A stretch of 64,000 nt of DNA from Theionarchaea archaeon. GTDB taxonomy: Archaea > Methanobacteriota_B > Thermococci > Methanofastidiosales > SZ-28-30. Where the stretch lies: the NCBI GenBank assembly GCA_018992685.1, contig JACVGT010000018.1, forward strand, positions 192,001 to 256,000. Direction: 5' to 3'. The notes under the pieces were generated by a model that worked only from the letters and a program-made list of their open reading frames with translations, was not told the DNA's origin and ran no database searches. Position 1 is the first letter of the stretch; every line of letters begins with the position of its first letter. Of the stretch, positions 61,346 through 64,000 are shown piece after piece. The position numbers and the translations under genes are program-made.

Positions 61346-62428
61346 ATGATGGAGATTGTTCACAGAACGAGGGACATCGACAGGGAAGAGTGGAACGCCC
61401 TGACAAGGGGAGCGAGACCCGAGACCCACTATAACTGGTTCCTGTTTTGTGAGGATATTGGCCAGAGGCGAAATCTGACATACTGTCATGTTATCTATAA
61501 AGACAGCCAGGGGACTATCAGGGGGATGCTGCCAGCATACTCCCTTCATATTTGCTTGAGAGATTTTCTGGTTTCATTTGGTCTTCTCTCTCTGGCCCGG
61601 CTGACACCCGTACTGAAAACGCCCTTCAAGATCACAGAAGTTCACATCCCCTATTCTGTCGATTCCTTGTACCTTGGAGACCCACTGTACTTCAATCAAT
61701 GTCTACGGTTCCTGGAGGAGTTTTCAAGAGAACGCCGCCACGCTTTTCTCTTTGTCAAGGATTGCAGCAGTCACCTGGATCTTCCTCAGTACACATGTGT
61801 GGAACAGTTTCCTGAAGTGTGCATGACACCCTATCCTTCCTGGGACGCGTATTGCGGCAGCCAGCAGGGGCGGCGGGCAAAGAACATACGATATGAATAC
61901 AGGAAGAGTGTTGAACACGGAACAAAAACCTACATGGTGGAGGATTTGGGAGGATACAGCACTCTCCTGGAGACTATGGAAACGAATGTGTGGGAGAAGA
62001 ACAAGAGCTACTCAGAGCCTATTAAAGGGTATTTCAAGAAGATTGAGGAATATGTTCCTGACTTGACCAAATGTATTTTTGCGGAAAATGGAGGAGAAAT
62101 CGCGGGATATTTATTTCTTCTGGAAAATGACTCATCAATAACGTGCAAACATGCAGGAAGAAATTATTCATGCTCAGATCCCTATGTTTATTTTCGATTA
62201 TTGTATGAACTCATCAAATACTCAATCAAACAGAAGAAGCCAGTGTCCATTGAAAAAGCCAGTTACGATGCTAAATTGCGAAGAGGATTTAAACTAGTCG
62301 AGAAAAGGAGCTATCTTAAGTCGAACCTCCTTGCATTAGGAGATCTCTATCTCAGGTTGATCAAGAGGGCCAATAGAAGGGTAGCGACCCAGGTAGAAGA
62401 GATACGATCCCTCCAAGACGCAACATAA
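61346..62428 (+). CDS. FemAB/DUF482-like GNAT-fold protein
   Basis: WNAL, SWDAY..RR..IRYE, YFRLLYELIKY, YDAKLRRGF. Confidence 0.65.
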   Translation: MMEIVHRTRDIDREEWNALTRGARPETHYNWFLFCEDIGQRRNLTYCHVIYKDSQGTIRGMLPAYSLHICLRDFLVSFGLLSLARLTPVLKTPFKITEVHIPYSVDSLYLGDPLYFNQCLRFLEEFSRERRHAFLFVKDCSSHLDLPQYTCVEQFPEVCMTPYPSWDAYCGSQQGRRAKNIRYEYRKSVEHGTKTYMVEDLGGYSTLLETMETNVWEKNKSYSEPIKGYFKKIEEYVPDLTKCIFAENGGEIAGYLFLLENDSSITCKHAGRNYSCSDPYVYFRLLYELIKYSIKQKKPVSIEKASYDAKLRRGFKLVEKRSYLKSNLLALGDLYLRLIKRANRRVATQVEEIRSLQDAT

Positions 62429-62522
62429 TAGTACTCACGATGAGGTCAGGATACAGGACAAATGTGAATTGACTCTTTCATGAACCAAAAACCCTTTTAA
62501 AATCGACGTCTCTAGTAGACGT

Positions 62523-63626
62523 ATGGATTTTCATTTACAGTTCAATATACTCAAGAATGAAGTGGAAGAGCGAATTGCTTCATTCCTGGATGCAAGGAAA
62601 GATAGTCCAATATTAAGAGGATTCTACGACGACATGAGGAGCCAGGTTCTAAAGGGGGGAAAAAGGTTGAGACCAATAGTCATGATCCAGACCTACGCGG
62701 GGTTCAAAGAAAAGGATCAATCTATTCTCACTGCGTGTCTCTCCTGTGAATTTGTCCATTCTGCTTCTTTGATACTTGATGATGCAATGGATGAAGATAT
62801 TCTGAGACATGGCAAGAAAACGTTCAATGCCATCTATGCAGATAAGATTTTTGACTCTATGAACTTTTCCTTTCAAAAATATGGGAGAGGTTCCTCCTGG
62901 ATTCAAAAGGAGGGGCTTTTTGACCTATTATATGTGCAGAGAGCATTATCACGGTATTCCTATGCTATGTCCTCCCTGGCCTCTAACTTGCTGTACTCCT
63001 TATCAGTGAAATGTCTCAGTGAAGCAGGATTCGATAAGCAGGTTACGCTAAGGGCTCTGGCCCTTCACAATGAGATGTTCAGGCAGCTCAACGAGGGGCA
63101 GCTCCTGGATATGTTCATGGAAAAGAGGCAGTGTACTGAACAGGACTACTTGGCCATGATCGACAAGAAGTCGGGGCTCCTGTTTGCCTTCCCTATGCGG
63201 ATCGCAGCCATCCTGGCTGGAAATGATACTCCTGCCCTGGATCAGTACAGCTTCCCCATGGCCAGAGGGTTCCAGATACATGACGATATTCTGGGGACTT
63301 TCGGAGGAAAAGAAACAGGGAAACCTTCCGATTCAGATATCAAGAAAGGAAAAAGGACACTCCTGGTAATCACGGCAGTGAAGGAGGCTACAGAAGAACA
63401 GAAAGAGGCTATGGATGCAACCTTGGGAAAACCTGATGCCACTGAGGAAGAAGTGGACAATGTGAGAACGATTCTGAGGGAAACCGGGGCACTGGAATAC
63501 TGCCAGGAGAAAGCACGCAGTTTCACAGAACAGGCCCGGAAGGCACTGGAACCAATTCCCCTGAAGGAGGAGCAGAATGTGTTCCTGGGGGATCTCGCTG
63601 ATTTCGTTGTGGAGAGAGATTTCTGA
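62523..63626 (+). CDS. trans-Polyprenyl diphosphate synthase (divergent)
   Basis: GGKRLRP, DDAMD, GQLLDM, FQIHDDILG, GKP..SD..KGKRT. Confidence 0.88.
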   Translation: MDFHLQFNILKNEVEERIASFLDARKDSPILRGFYDDMRSQVLKGGKRLRPIVMIQTYAGFKEKDQSILTACLSCEFVHSASLILDDAMDEDILRHGKKTFNAIYADKIFDSMNFSFQKYGRGSSWIQKEGLFDLLYVQRALSRYSYAMSSLASNLLYSLSVKCLSEAGFDKQVTLRALALHNEMFRQLNEGQLLDMFMEKRQCTEQDYLAMIDKKSGLLFAFPMRIAAILAGNDTPALDQYSFPMARGFQIHDDILGTFGGKETGKPSDSDIKKGKRTLLVITAVKEATEEQKEAMDATLGKPDATEEEVDNVRTILRETGALEYCQEKARSFTEQARKALEPIPLKEEQNVFLGDLADFVVERDF

Positions 63627-63670
63627 ACAAAATCATCATCCAAAGACAAGCACGTGCAGGCATAGGTATT

Positions 63671-64000
63671 CTACTTCCACAGACTGACTCTGTCCTCAGC
63701 CCCTCTTTTCCTCTTAAGCTCTTCCAGAAACTTGTACACTGTGGCATGCATACAACCCTGCATCAACATGTCTACCGCTCTCTTGGCATCTGCCACGTTC
63801 TCAAATTCCCCCAGAATGGACACAGTTCTCCCGTACACACTGACATATGTTCCTGTCATGTTCTCAATGATCTTCCTTGTCATTCCATTCTTTCCAATAA
63901 TTCGGCCTCTCACTCTCCGTAAGGAATTTTCGGATTTTCCAAAATAATCTTCCAGGTCAATTACCTCCAGAGCTGTATTATCGTCCAGAAGGCGCAAAGC
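63671..64000 (-). CDS. KH-domain rRNA-processing protein aDim2/Pno1 (3' part)
   Basis: RVRGRIIGKNG.TR..IE, H.TVY.FLE; start lies beyond the window. Confidence 0.88.
   Translation of the reverse strand, partial: ALRLLDDNTALEVIDLEDYFGKSENSLRRVRGRIIGKNGMTRKIIENMTGTYVSVYGRTVSILGEFENVADAKRAVDMLMQGCMHATVYKFLEELKRKRGAEDRVSLWK

Noticed and set aside
1-64000. Mobile elements, CRISPR arrays, Sec/Pyl recoding
   Set aside because: No transposase/integrase, spacer array or gene split by in-frame TGA/TAG seen by eye; redox motifs use Cys.

Overview
This is an archaeal chromosomal window. It has BRE/TATA promoters, many probably leaderless genes, a histone, L7Ae/S28e/L24e/S6e, aIF2-gamma, aIF5B and PriS. 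Gene content (Thermococcales-like mmd and pdh operons, a DUF835 sensor, PQQ/PEGA and lipobox surface proteins) suggests an anaerobic peptide fermenter, possibly Theionarchaea or a relative; this placement is inference. About 58 CDSs are recognisable: subtilisin, AOR+MoaD, Na+-pumping methylmalonyl-CoA decarboxylase, four-subunit proline-dehydrogenase-like complex, an arsR/acr3/arsP/arsF/arsG-like island, gcvT/H, B12-linked genes, a translation operon, isoprenoid/lipid genes, class II RNR and a large PAS/GAF histidine kinase. I saw no rRNA, tRNA, CRISPR array, transposase or integrase. The best novelty is a gene-less transcription unit at about 53409-53530. It has a histone-like promoter, an operator palindrome, and an ~85-nt structured RNA carrying the antisense of a Shine-Dalgarno plus AUG, making it a candidate regulated archaeal sRNA. 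Other highlights: a K-turn in the L7Ae leader; an S6e-HhH fusion; a tandem-wHTH repressor/condensation-domain acyltransferase pair sharing a palindromic bidirectional promoter; a PATAN/DUF2226-like operon and a roadblock gene with similar promoters; and a 7TM/Cys-cluster/DUF835 sensor. Domain names come from motif recognition, not database searches.
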